64,000 nt of DNA. Origin: an uncultured Desulfovibrio sp. GTDB lineage: Bacteria > Desulfobacterota > Desulfovibrionia > Desulfovibrionales > Desulfovibrionaceae. The translations under genes were made by a program, and so were the position numbers. Numbering within the stretch: position 1 is the first letter of the stretch; each line of letters begins with the position of its first letter. Location of the stretch: NCBI GenBank assembly GCA_947038175.1, contig CAMQVJ010000002.1, positions 11,246-75,245 on the forward strand. Reading direction: 5' to 3'. Under the pieces are notes generated by a model. The model worked only from the letters and a program-made list of their open reading frames with translations. It did not search any database and had not been told where the DNA came from. Below are positions 20,985 through 30,713 of the stretch, piece by piece.

Positions 20985-21923
20985 ATGAAAAAAATTACCA
21001 TTGCAACACGTGGAAGCGCTCTTGCCCTTTGGCAAGCAGAACATATAAAAGCTAGATTACAAGAAACTTACGACGGGCTTGAAGTGGATCTGCTTGTTCT
21101 AAAAACAAAAGGTGACATTATTCTCGATGTTCCTTTGGCAAAAGTTGGCGGCAAAGGTCTCTTTGTTAAAGAAATTGAAGAGGCTCTTTTGTCTAAAAAA
21201 GCAGACATCGCCGTACATAGTATGAAAGATGTACCAATGCTTTTGCCTGAAGGACTTATCTTAGGCGCAATTCCTGAACGGGAAGTTTTATCTGACCTTT
21301 TCCTTTCTCGTACTTACAAATCGTTGGAAGATTTACCGCATGGTGCGACTCTTGGCACAAGTAGTTTACGTCGACAAGCACAGGTTTTATCACTACGCCC
21401 AGACCTTAATATCACTTTCTTACGTGGTAACGTAGGAACACGTCTACAAAAAATGATGGACGGACAATACGACGCCATTATTTTGGCTTCTGCTGGCATA
21501 AAACGCCTTGGGCTTTCTGCCCCTTTTGAGAAAGAGCTTGCTCCACCTCAATTTTTGCCAGCCGTTGGGCAGGGTGCATTAGGCATTGAAATTCGTGAAG
21601 ATGATACAGAAATAGCTGAACTTATTTCCTTCCTAAATCATGAAGAAACACGGGTTTGTGTTGAAGCAGAAAGGGCCTTTTTGTCTGCCTTAAATGGTGG
21701 TTGTCAAGTCCCTATTGCTGGCATTGCAAAGCTACAAGGTTCAGAAATTACACTTGAAGGCCTTGTGGCAGAACCTAATGCCTCCCTTGTTTTACGTCAA
21801 AGCTTGAAAGGTTCTTCAGAGAATCGCATCGAACTTGGAAAAGAGCTCGCACAAAAACTTTTGGACAGCGGAGCAAAAGACATACTTGACCGTCTTTATA
21901 ACGAAAATCCTTTACAGGATTAA
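20985..21923 (+). CDS. hemC: Porphobilinogen deaminase (hydroxymethylbilane synthase)
   Basis: [20 protein letters not shown]-like and GGCQVPIAG (cofactor Cys) motifs, 312 aa. Confidence 0.95.
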   Translation: MKKITIATRGSALALWQAEHIKARLQETYDGLEVDLLVLKTKGDIILDVPLAKVGGKGLFVKEIEEALLSKKADIAVHSMKDVPMLLPEGLILGAIPEREVLSDLFLSRTYKSLEDLPHGATLGTSSLRRQAQVLSLRPDLNITFLRGNVGTRLQKMMDGQYDAIILASAGIKRLGLSAPFEKELAPPQFLPAVGQGALGIEIREDDTEIAELISFLNHEETRVCVEAERAFLSALNGGCQVPIAGIAKLQGSEITLEGLVAEPNASLVLRQSLKGSSENRIELGKELAQKLLDSGAKDILDRLYNENPLQD

Positions 21924-22061
21924 AAACCTTTCACATACCTGTTTAGTATCTCATGAATACATAAGGTACTATTATATAAAAATATCTAACATCTCTACAT
22001 AAAGATACATATGTGGAATTTGGATATTAAAATTTAAAATTCCATATTTACGAGGAAAAGC

Positions 22062-24647
22062 ATGACATTGAAACTCGTTCAGGCCTTACCAGTTGAAAAA
22101 TTATACGCTCATTGGGACGCAAATCGCATTCCATGGGAAAACAGTAATGATATACCAAAAAATACACAAAAAAAGCCAGCACAACCACGTGCTCTTAGTG
22201 CGTTAACTCTTGCTTTAACTATAAAAAACAACGGATACAATGTTTATTTAGCAGGTGAAAGCGACCTTGGTAGAACCTATATGCTTTCTCATTATTTATC
22301 GCCATTAGCTAAAAAAGCAGAAACACCGCCTGACCTTATTTATATTAATAATTTTGAAAATCTAGATAAGCCTTTATTATTAAAACTTCCTGCAGGACAA
22401 GGGAAATCTTTAAAATCTTCCTTATCAAAAGCTTTGCAACAAGTACGTAAGGAACTTCCTGCTCGCTTTGAAACAGAAGCCTACGAAAAGAAAAAAGGGG
22501 AGCTTCTTAAAAAGTTTCAAGTTATTAGAGAACAACTCATTAAAAAGATGGATAACGTCGCAGAAAGTCAAGGCTTTAATCTTGATATGGACGACCAGGG
22601 CAGCCTTACTCTTTATCCTCTTGTGGAAGGAAAACGCCTCTCTGAAGATGAATTTGAAAAGCTAGACACAAGCTTCCGTGCTAGTTTAAAACATAAAGGT
22701 GATAGCCTTTTACAAGCCATGACAGGCCCTGTAAGAAAACTCACACACGCAGAACGTGACTTCAAAAACAATCAAAGAGGACTTGAACGTGAGGTGGTGA
22801 GTAACCTTCTCAATCGTTTTCTTTCTCCTTTAGCTGAAAAAGCGTGCAAACAAGCCAATGGTTGCGCTGTGCCTTTACAACGTTTTTTTGATGCCATGCG
22901 AGCTGATATTTTAGAAAATATTGATTTATTTTTACCAAAAGATACCATGCCTTCCATTTCTTTTTCCGATTTAACGGGCGGAATGAGTGCCCCTCAAGAA
23001 AATTCTATGTATCGCTATGATATTAACCTTTTTGTTGATAATTCAGAGACTAAAGGTGCGCCTATTGTTTCCGATCCTCACCCAACTTTTGCCAACCTTC
23101 TTGGCTGTGTAGAACGAGAATCAGAAATGGGTGCGTTAGTGACGAACTTCACCCTTATTAAGGCAGGCTCTCTTCATAAAGCGAATGGTGGTTATCTCTT
23201 TTTACATGTGGAAGATATTTTAACAAACCCAAATGCGTGGGAAGGGCTTATGCGAGCCCTACGGTCTTCTTGCTTAAGAGTGGAAGACCCCACCGATGGG
23301 CTTGAATTTGTTCGTACCAAAGGCATTGAACCTGAAGCTCTTGAGCTAAATCTCAAGGTTATTCTTATTGGGCAAAATGCTATCTACGAAAGCTTACTTG
23401 AAAATGACGACCGTTTTGCTAAATTGTTTAAAATGAAAGCACAAATGAGCGGTGAAACAGATCGCACAGCTCCAAATGTTAAAGCATGGCTTTTAAACCT
23501 TGCACCCATCATTTTAGAAGCAGGATTACTGCCTTTCAACCGTGACGCCATGGCGGCTCTTGTGGATTATGGAACGTTACTTTGTGAAGATCATAAAAAG
23601 CTTTCTCTAAAATTTCCCCTTGTGCGTGAAGCCATGATAGAAGCCTCCGCTATTGCACAAATGGAAGGCTTAAAGCTTGTTGATAAAGCGATCATTGATA
23701 AAGCTCTTGCTGAACGCATGTATCGTTCTGCGTATATTGAAGAGCTTTTCATGGAAGAGTACGACAGGGATATTATAAAAATTCAAACTTCAGGGACAGC
23801 CATCGGCCAAGTTAATGGGCTTTCCATTACGTCCACTGGGCATTTTGAATTTGGGCTTCCACATCAAATATCATGCACCGTTGGTGTTGGACATGGCGGT
23901 ATTATTGACCTTGAGCGTGAAGCAGAGCTTGGTGGCCCTATTCATACGAAAGCTATGATGATTTTAAAAAGCTATCTTGTCGATCAATTCGCCCATAATA
24001 AACCGTTGGTACTTACGGGAAGCTTGTGTTTTGAGCAAAGTTATAATGGTATTGAGGGTGATTCCGCTTCTGGAGCGGAACTTGTGAGTCTTTTATCCGC
24101 AATTGCGCAAGTACCTATCAAACTTAGCCTTTCTATTACAGGTGCTATTAGCCAAGCAGGAGCTATCTTGCCGGTGGGTGGTGTTACTCGTAAAATTGAG
24201 GGCTATTTCAATCTTTGCAATAGACGTGGGCTGACAGGAGAACAAGGGGTTATTATTCCAAAGGATAATATCGAACACCTTATGCTCAGCAAAAAAGTTA
24301 TGGACGCTGTTGCAGAAAATAAGTTTTCTATTTATGCGGTCAAACATATCACAGAAGCGCTGGAATTATTGACGAATATGCCAACGGGCAAACGCCGTAA
24401 AAATGGTACATTCCCAGAAGGCACACTCTTTCACGCAGTTGATACGCAGTTACACGAACTTGGATGGCTTGCTGAAAACTCCTTCAAAACAAGAAGAAAG
24501 AAAAAGCCAACTAAAGCCAAAACGACTGGAAAAAGCACCGAGAAAGCCACAGAAAAAACGACTGGAAAAAGCACGGAAAAAACGGTCAAAAAACCAGCTA
24601 AAAATGTAAATGAGATAGCGAATACCACAGAAGATAAAAACGAATAA
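22062..24647 (+). CDS. Lon-related (S16 family) protease with AAA-like N-terminal region and a Lys/Thr-rich repetitive C-terminal tail
   Basis: C-terminal Lon proteolytic domain (GDSASGAELVSLLSA Ser, PVGGVTRKIEG Lys). Large N-terminal region without a clear Walker A that I could see. Confidence 0.75.
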   Translation: MTLKLVQALPVEKLYAHWDANRIPWENSNDIPKNTQKKPAQPRALSALTLALTIKNNGYNVYLAGESDLGRTYMLSHYLSPLAKKAETPPDLIYINNFENLDKPLLLKLPAGQGKSLKSSLSKALQQVRKELPARFETEAYEKKKGELLKKFQVIREQLIKKMDNVAESQGFNLDMDDQGSLTLYPLVEGKRLSEDEFEKLDTSFRASLKHKGDSLLQAMTGPVRKLTHAERDFKNNQRGLEREVVSNLLNRFLSPLAEKACKQANGCAVPLQRFFDAMRADILENIDLFLPKDTMPSISFSDLTGGMSAPQENSMYRYDINLFVDNSETKGAPIVSDPHPTFANLLGCVERESEMGALVTNFTLIKAGSLHKANGGYLFLHVEDILTNPNAWEGLMRALRSSCLRVEDPTDGLEFVRTKGIEPEALELNLKVILIGQNAIYESLLENDDRFAKLFKMKAQMSGETDRTAPNVKAWLLNLAPIILEAGLLPFNRDAMAALVDYGTLLCEDHKKLSLKFPLVREAMIEASAIAQMEGLKLVDKAIIDKALAERMYRSAYIEELFMEEYDRDIIKIQTSGTAIGQVNGLSITSTGHFEFGLPHQISCTVGVGHGGIIDLEREAELGGPIHTKAMMILKSYLVDQFAHNKPLVLTGSLCFEQSYNGIEGDSASGAELVSLLSAIAQVPIKLSLSITGAISQAGAILPVGGVTRKIEGYFNLCNRRGLTGEQGVIIPKDNIEHLMLSKKVMDAVAENKFSIYAVKHITEALELLTNMPTGKRRKNGTFPEGTLFHAVDTQLHELGWLAENSFKTRRKKKPTKAKTTGKSTEKATEKTTGKSTEKTVKKPAKNVNEIANTTEDKNE

Positions 24648-24715
24648 CTCATACAGAACAGGTGTTTATAATAATATATCTAATAAACACCTTGTTTGAA
24701 ATAAAAGGATAAAAC

Positions 24716-25153
24716 GTGAATGCGATGATAATTTGGTTTACTATTGGGGCAATATTGATTTTGTTAGAGCTTTTTACCCCAATGTTTATATTCCTTTTTT
24801 TTGGAATAGGCGCATGGGCAGCGGCACTTGTGGCGATAATATTCCCAGGGCTTCAGCAGGAAATTATTGCGTTTATAACGGTGACCCTCCTTTCTTTATT
24901 CTTTTTACGTCAAAAAATGATTGAGACTTTTCAAGGAAAAAAATCAAAACTCAACCCAAACCTTTTTCCTCATATAGGAAAGCAAGCGGAAGTTACGAAA
25001 GATATTAGCCCAACGCAAGAGGGTGAAATTTCTGTTGGGGGTAGCTATTGGCGTGCGACAGCAACAACATTTATTGCAAAAGATAGTATTGTTATTGTAC
25101 GTAGTTGTGCACCTGATGATGAGCTTTTACTCATCGTTGAATCAAGTTCGTAG
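24716..25153 (+). CDS. NfeD-family membrane protein (short form, no protease domain)
   Basis: Two or three N-terminal TM helices plus a C-terminal OB-like segment GEISVGGSYWRATA. Lies upstream of an SPFH gene. GTG start with AAGGA RBS. Confidence 0.7.
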   Translation: MNAMIIWFTIGAILILLELFTPMFIFLFFGIGAWAAALVAIIFPGLQQEIIAFITVTLLSLFFLRQKMIETFQGKKSKLNPNLFPHIGKQAEVTKDISPTQEGEISVGGSYWRATATTFIAKDSIVIVRSCAPDDELLLIVESSS

Positions 25154-25370
25154 CAAATAGCTTATTTTCAAATACAAATGATAAACACTATTTGTATCAG
25201 CATCTTTATTATTCCGTGTCTCATATATATTTGAGAGCATGAGCATAGGCACGTCATTTATGTTCGATTTATATTTAGTTCTGATGGCTATCGTGGGCAT
25301 TCTATGTTTTTTTGATTTTAGCATTTTTTAATCCGTCTTTCATATATAACATTTTTATAGGGAGTTTATA

Positions 25371-26477
25371 ATGGATATGTATTTAGTTGTTTTGGTTATT
25401 TTGTCTATTTTACTTATTATCATTTTGATGAAAACTGCAAAAATAGTGCCTAACCAACAAGCTTTTGTTGTAGAGCGCCTTGGAAAATTTCATACAGTAT
25501 TATACGCTGGTTTTCATATTCTCATTCCATTTCTTGATATTGTTGCTTACAAGCGTTCTTTAAAAGAACTTGTTTATGATGTTCCAAAGCAAACGTGTAT
25601 CACAAAAGATAACGTGAGCGTTGATATTGATGGCGTCCTTTATATGCAAGTGATTAATCCTGAAAAGTCTTCTTACGGAATTAGTGATTTTCTTATAGGT
25701 TCTGTACAGTTAGCGCAAACGGCTTTACGTTCTGCTATTGGTAAATTGGAACTTGATCGCACTTTTGAAGAAAGAAACACTATTAATCAAGAAGTTATAG
25801 CAGCCCTTGATGCAGCTACTGGCCCCTGGGGTATTAAAGTTTTGCGTTATGAAATTCGTGATATCGCACCTCCTGCTTCTGTTATGCAAGCAATGGAAAA
25901 GCAAATGCGTGCAGAACGTGAAAAACGTGCTGTGATTGCCCAATCTGAAGGGGAAATGCAATCTCAAATTAATAGAGCAGAAGGACAAAAATCCGCCACT
26001 ATAGCTGAATCTGAAGGGAATATGCAAGCCCTTAAAAACCAAGCACAAGGTGAAGCTGCTTTAATTGAAGCGGTTGCTAAAGCCACAGCGGAAGGTTTAC
26101 ATATGGTTTCAAGCGAAGTGAGCACAGAATATGGCGTTATCGCTGCGAATTTGCGTGTCGCTGAGTCTTGGATTAGCCAATACGGTAATATTGCAAAAGC
26201 AGGAACAACTATGATTATTCCTCAAGATATGGCAAATATTGGTGGTATCGTGGCAAGTCTTTCCCATGTTATCAGTTCTCCTGCTATAAAAAATATGGGG
26301 AAAGCTCTTGATGTAAATGGTTTTTGTGAGCAAGAAAATACACCTAAGGCTCAAGCAGGTGATCTTGCATCACAACAAAAACAAGTGCAAAAAAATCAAA
26401 GCTCATACCAAGATGACTCCAATAATTCACACGAAGAAACTCGACGTCCTTCTATTCCAGGTTTTGGCTCAGAATAA
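25371..26477 (+). CDS. SPFH/Band 7 (stomatin/paraslipin-like) membrane protein with a Q/N/S-rich tail
   Basis: N-terminal TM anchor, SPFH core (VVERLGKF.., DVPKQTCITKDNV), coiled-coil AEREKRA repeats. Confidence 0.85.
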   Translation: MDMYLVVLVILSILLIIILMKTAKIVPNQQAFVVERLGKFHTVLYAGFHILIPFLDIVAYKRSLKELVYDVPKQTCITKDNVSVDIDGVLYMQVINPEKSSYGISDFLIGSVQLAQTALRSAIGKLELDRTFEERNTINQEVIAALDAATGPWGIKVLRYEIRDIAPPASVMQAMEKQMRAEREKRAVIAQSEGEMQSQINRAEGQKSATIAESEGNMQALKNQAQGEAALIEAVAKATAEGLHMVSSEVSTEYGVIAANLRVAESWISQYGNIAKAGTTMIIPQDMANIGGIVASLSHVISSPAIKNMGKALDVNGFCEQENTPKAQAGDLASQQKQVQKNQSSYQDDSNNSHEETRRPSIPGFGSE

Positions 26478-26558
26478 GAAATAAGAAAGAAAATAACAGG
26501 TGTATAAATAATTTTATAACAAAGATATTTATAACAAAGATCATAGGAATACAGCATT

Positions 26559-27734
26559 ATGAATATAAAATATTTCGGGAAAACATTAGAACAAACCAAA
26601 CACTTTGGTAAAGTTCTTTTATGCACAGGGCTTATATTAGCCATGGCGCAAAGCAGTTTTGCTAAAGGTTCTGTACCGCAGCCTAAAGATGACAGTGCAT
26701 TAGCTGCCATTGATGGTAATTTATCTGCCATGGTTGGGCAAATGCTTCTTCTTGGTTTTAGAGGCTTGGATTTATCTGAAGACCCTGCCATGATTAAAGT
26801 TTTGCAAGAAGGCAGAATTGGGGGTGTTATTTTATTTTACACCCATGGTAGAATAGTGCCTTATAATCTTGCTAACCCAGAACAAATTGTTAAGCTAACA
26901 AAAGAATTGAATACCTATTCAAAATATCCTCTCTTTATTGGTGTTGACCAAGAGGGTGGACAAGTTCAACGTATTTCCTCAAAAAATGGCTTTAAAGACT
27001 GGCCATCAGCAGAAGTATTAGGAAAAGGCACACCTGAAAACACATTTTCACAAGCGAGTGAAATGGGCAACACTTTGGCAAGTCTTGGCTTCAATTTGAA
27101 CTTTGCGCCATCTGTTGATTTGCTTGATTCAACAAGTGCAGCAATAGGTTCACGAGGAAGATCTTTTCATAGTACCGCTCTTGTGACCATTGATCACGCT
27201 ACTGCATTTTCAAAAGCAATGGAAAAAGCGGGGATTATTCCTACCCTTAAACATTTCCCAGGGCATGGAAGCGCAAAGAAAGATACTCACCTTGGATTTA
27301 CTGATATTACAACCACATGGAGAGATAAAGAATTACTCCCTTATAAAGAGATGATTGCAGATGGTTACAAAGGAATGATTATGACAAGTCATGTGTATCA
27401 TGCTGATTTTGATGATAAACCTGCAAGCCTTTCTTCTGCTATTATCACAAAGTTATTACGGGAAAAGATTGGCTTTAAAGGGGTCGTTGTGACCGATGAT
27501 ATGCAAATGGGTGCTATTGTTAAACATTATTCATTAAAAGAAAGTATATTGCTCACTATCCAATCGGGTACGGATATTCTTCTTTTTGGTAATAATCTTA
27601 AATACGATCCTGATTTGCCGAATAAAATTTACAATCATATTATGGAACTTATTGCTGAAGGCAAAATTTCCGAAGAACGTATTGAAGAATCATGGAAACG
27701 AATTAGAGCAATGAAAGAATATTATCTTTTATAA
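26559..27734 (+). CDS. Glycoside hydrolase family 3 N-terminal-domain protein (NagZ-like beta-N-acetylhexosaminidase) with a signal peptide
   Basis: GVDQEGGQVQR, KHFPGHG and VVTDDMQMGA motifs. Hydrophobic N-terminus ending SSFAKG. Confidence 0.85.
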   Translation: MNIKYFGKTLEQTKHFGKVLLCTGLILAMAQSSFAKGSVPQPKDDSALAAIDGNLSAMVGQMLLLGFRGLDLSEDPAMIKVLQEGRIGGVILFYTHGRIVPYNLANPEQIVKLTKELNTYSKYPLFIGVDQEGGQVQRISSKNGFKDWPSAEVLGKGTPENTFSQASEMGNTLASLGFNLNFAPSVDLLDSTSAAIGSRGRSFHSTALVTIDHATAFSKAMEKAGIIPTLKHFPGHGSAKKDTHLGFTDITTTWRDKELLPYKEMIADGYKGMIMTSHVYHADFDDKPASLSSAIITKLLREKIGFKGVVVTDDMQMGAIVKHYSLKESILLTIQSGTDILLFGNNLKYDPDLPNKIYNHIMELIAEGKISEERIEESWKRIRAMKEYYLL

Positions 27735-27782
27735 GAAAAATCCTTTCCTAGAAAATAATACAGCGCTCATAAATAAAATGAG

Positions 27783-28706
27783 TTAGCTTTTAATAAAAGG
27801 CTTTGATGCTTGCAGAACATGAGATTTTGCAGAATCAAGGTCTTTTATTGTATTCATGTTTTGAAAGAAAATTTCTTGGGCGGCAGTATAGGGAAGTAAT
27901 TTACTCAGCTCTTCGGGCAACATTTTTTGCAAAGGAATTTTTTTGGGAAGGCTTGCCGTTAAATAGGGGAGTGCTTTTTGCGTGTATATGGCAATAAGAC
28001 TTTGTTTTTTTTGATTCTCATCGATAAAAACATAGCTGGCGTATGCATCATGAAATGTAATGTTTTTAGAACTTACATCTTTATCCCATGCGTCTATAAG
28101 CTCTTGCAAGAGTTGCAGAGTTAAAAAGGGAACGTCGCAGGGAATAAACAAACAGGCGGATTGAGTTTTTTCTAGGCACAGAGAAATAGCTTCACAAACG
28201 CCAAGACCATCATCGAGTATTAATTCAAAATTAACATCATTCAGATTCTCTATATTGCTTTGCATTTCATATGCTTGTAGTTTATCAACACGGTTTTTCA
28301 TAAACTCGTATTGATTTGCTCGGCAGCTTACTTTGATTTCTGTAGCGATGTGAGGATTTGCTTTTGAAAGAGAATATAAAAGAAAAAGTGCGTGTGCAAA
28401 AAACTCTTTATCTTCAGCAATATTAAGAAGTTTTTTATTTTCACAAGAAGAACGTGTATGTTGGGTAGACGATATGGTAGATTTATTTGATATATTTTGG
28501 GATAAGGCGTGATGACTAGAGAACTCGTCCTCAAACGAAGTATGATTAGATAGTACTTCATTGCAAGATAAGGCGTCGCTATTCGCTAAGATATCATCAC
28601 TCGATATGTTATGGGACAAGACAGAAAGCTTTAATGCGCTTTTATCTTGCCTCATTCTTGAACTTTTTCCACCAACTAATAAGACCAAACTAAGCTTTTT
28701 TTGCAT
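27783..28706 (-). CDS. MobA-like molybdenum cofactor guanylyltransferase with a Ser-rich insertion of about 60 aa
   Basis: LLVGGKSSRM..DK N-terminal motif and PCDVPF motif. Adjacent to a molybdopterin-binding gene. Confidence 0.6.
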   Translation of the reverse strand: MQKKLSLVLLVGGKSSRMRQDKSALKLSVLSHNISSDDILANSDALSCNEVLSNHTSFEDEFSSHHALSQNISNKSTISSTQHTRSSCENKKLLNIAEDKEFFAHALFLLYSLSKANPHIATEIKVSCRANQYEFMKNRVDKLQAYEMQSNIENLNDVNFELILDDGLGVCEAISLCLEKTQSACLFIPCDVPFLTLQLLQELIDAWDKDVSSKNITFHDAYASYVFIDENQKKQSLIAIYTQKALPYLTASLPKKIPLQKMLPEELSKLLPYTAAQEIFFQNMNTIKDLDSAKSHVLQASKPFIKS

Positions 28707-28832
28707 AGATTGTCTCCTTACTTATAAAATGGAAGATATAAAAACATGTCAATCCGCTTTTAGGAGCAAGCTTTTTATAAGAGGCTCTCATAAAGCGAGC
28801 GGCCTTTCTAAAAACGGATTGGCATAAAAAAA

Positions 28833-30602
28833 CTAAACCGCAAAACGACATTTAGGATAGGTGCATGTCTTGCAATTTTCACAAAGTCCACCATTACTTC
28901 GGAGTGCAAAAAACTCTCTATCAACAGGAGCATTGCTTAAAGTAAGTGGTAAAAGCATATCGAACGCCGTTACTTTATGGAAAAGGGCACAGGCAGGAAC
29001 TCCAATAACTTTACAGAAAGCTTTATCTTGGGAGGCTGGAAAATCTCCCACAAGGCTCATACTTCCAGGTAAAATTGGCATACCATATAAAATATTTTCT
29101 AAGCCAGCATCAAGCAAAGCTTTTCGAGTAACATCATCAGGGTCAACAGAAAGCCCAGCGGTTGTGATAATAAGGTTTACCCCTTTGTCACGAAGCGCAT
29201 TTACCTTTCGAGTGATTTCTTCTTTATCATCTGGTACGATGACTGTTTCTACTAGCTCACAGGAATATTGTTCAAGCTTTTCTTTAATGATTGGCTCGAA
29301 ACGATCCTCAATAATACCATTAAAAACTTCCGACCCTGTAATGAGAATACCCACTTTTGTGGCAGATAAAGGTAGCACAGAAAAAAGTGGTGCTTTACGT
29401 AAAATATTTTCGCCTCTAAGCCATTGCTGCTTAGTTATATAAAGAGGAATAGCACGAGCGGAAGCTACTATTTCGCCTTTCTTTACAAGAGTAGCTTGCT
29501 TACGAGTAACCGCAACCATGCTTCCTAGGCGGTTAAAGTCCGTAAGGCGTTTTTCATCAAGCCATAAAAGCCCATCGTTCTCAGCTACAAAGGAAATTTT
29601 TCCTTCTCTGATTTGGTCGACAGCTTTTACGTTTTTACCACCAAGTAAACACGCCATACGTGCTGCGCAATCATTCTCATGCATCGCTTGAGAGCTTGTG
29701 CTTGTATAGGCAACATTGTGGTATGCGCTTCTTTCTAAGTTTGTGCTTGAGTTTGTGTTTGAAAGAGTGTTTGTGCTTGCCATATTTGGATTGTCAATTG
29801 TGGCAGAATCGGCAATATCATCAGAATCATCGGCAAGATAAATATTATTCTTTCCAATACGTTGCAAATCACACATATCGCCAATGCTAATAACTTGCCC
29901 AGCTTTTACCTGCACACCTTTAAATTCTTTTGGGGCGATGCGTGTCATATCATGCAGGGCTTTTCTACCAATAGCATCTTCAAGTGGGACAGAGCGAAGT
30001 TTTGGGGCTTCTTCGTCAACGCTGACATAAGGCGTATTTCCATTACAAGCGTCACAAATAAGACCATTTCGACTTGGAATAGGCTCACCACATAAAGCAC
30101 ATGTTGCGATTCCGCCCTTACCATGTTTTCCAAAAAATTCATCTTTAGCTTGGATTTCTTGAACGCTCAAAATCGCTGTTTTTGCTTGACGAATTTCTTC
30201 TTGCAAAAGTGCGGTGTTTTGTTCTCTTTTTGGGCGTAACTTCATAAGCCATTCTTTAATGGTGGGATACGCATCAAGTTTATTAATATCTAAATAAACT
30301 CGAACGCCTGCGCCATTATACTTATTGAATAAGCTCATAGCGTAGCGACCATTATCGCAGATTTTAAGCCAGCTATTTCCTACTGTACAAGGGGTGAGCA
30401 TTTGAATTGCATCAGGTAAGCATTGCCCTGTTTCACTAATGGCATTATAAAGACCATGATCCTCTAGCATTGGCTTGACATGTTCTTTTGCAAATTCCGT
30501 CATGTATGCACCGATAATAATACCAGGAGCAGGGTAGCCATGAAACGTGGTGGCAAGATCCATAAATTCGTCGTGAGTATGAGAACCTAAAAGCATATGC
30601 AC
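28833..30602 (-). CDS. FmdE-domain / molybdopterin-binding (MoeA/MoCF_BD-type) fusion protein
   Basis: N-terminal FHGYPAPGIIIG FmdE-like motif plus a CxxC..CxxC zinc ribbon. C-terminal KVGILITGSEV MoCF-binding-like domain and a terminal Cys cluster CENCKTCTYPKC. Confidence 0.65.
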   Translation of the reverse strand: MHMLLGSHTHDEFMDLATTFHGYPAPGIIIGAYMTEFAKEHVKPMLEDHGLYNAISETGQCLPDAIQMLTPCTVGNSWLKICDNGRYAMSLFNKYNGAGVRVYLDINKLDAYPTIKEWLMKLRPKREQNTALLQEEIRQAKTAILSVQEIQAKDEFFGKHGKGGIATCALCGEPIPSRNGLICDACNGNTPYVSVDEEAPKLRSVPLEDAIGRKALHDMTRIAPKEFKGVQVKAGQVISIGDMCDLQRIGKNNIYLADDSDDIADSATIDNPNMASTNTLSNTNSSTNLERSAYHNVAYTSTSSQAMHENDCAARMACLLGGKNVKAVDQIREGKISFVAENDGLLWLDEKRLTDFNRLGSMVAVTRKQATLVKKGEIVASARAIPLYITKQQWLRGENILRKAPLFSVLPLSATKVGILITGSEVFNGIIEDRFEPIIKEKLEQYSCELVETVIVPDDKEEITRKVNALRDKGVNLIITTAGLSVDPDDVTRKALLDAGLENILYGMPILPGSMSLVGDFPASQDKAFCKVIGVPACALFHKVTAFDMLLPLTLSNAPVDREFFALRSNGGLCENCKTCTYPKCRFAV

Positions 30603-30653
30603 TCCTAAACTTTCATGAGAAAAATTTTGTATATGGTTTATTTGTATATGGTT

Positions 30654-30707
30654 TAAAAAAATAGGGGAAACATGACCTTGTTATTCGACAAAGCTTCCGT
30701 TTCCCCT
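30654..30707 (-). terminator. Putative intrinsic terminator downstream of the rumA-like gene
   Basis: On the - strand, stem AGGGGAAAC/GTTTCCCCT (large loop) is followed by ATTTTTTT. Confidence 0.5.
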
Positions 30708-30713
30708 TTCGTT

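Noticed and set aside
22062-24647. Lon-like protease as BrxL of a BREX system
   Set aside because: No methyltransferase, PglZ, BrxA, BrxB or BrxC genes are nearby. The neighbours are hemC and NfeD/SPFH.
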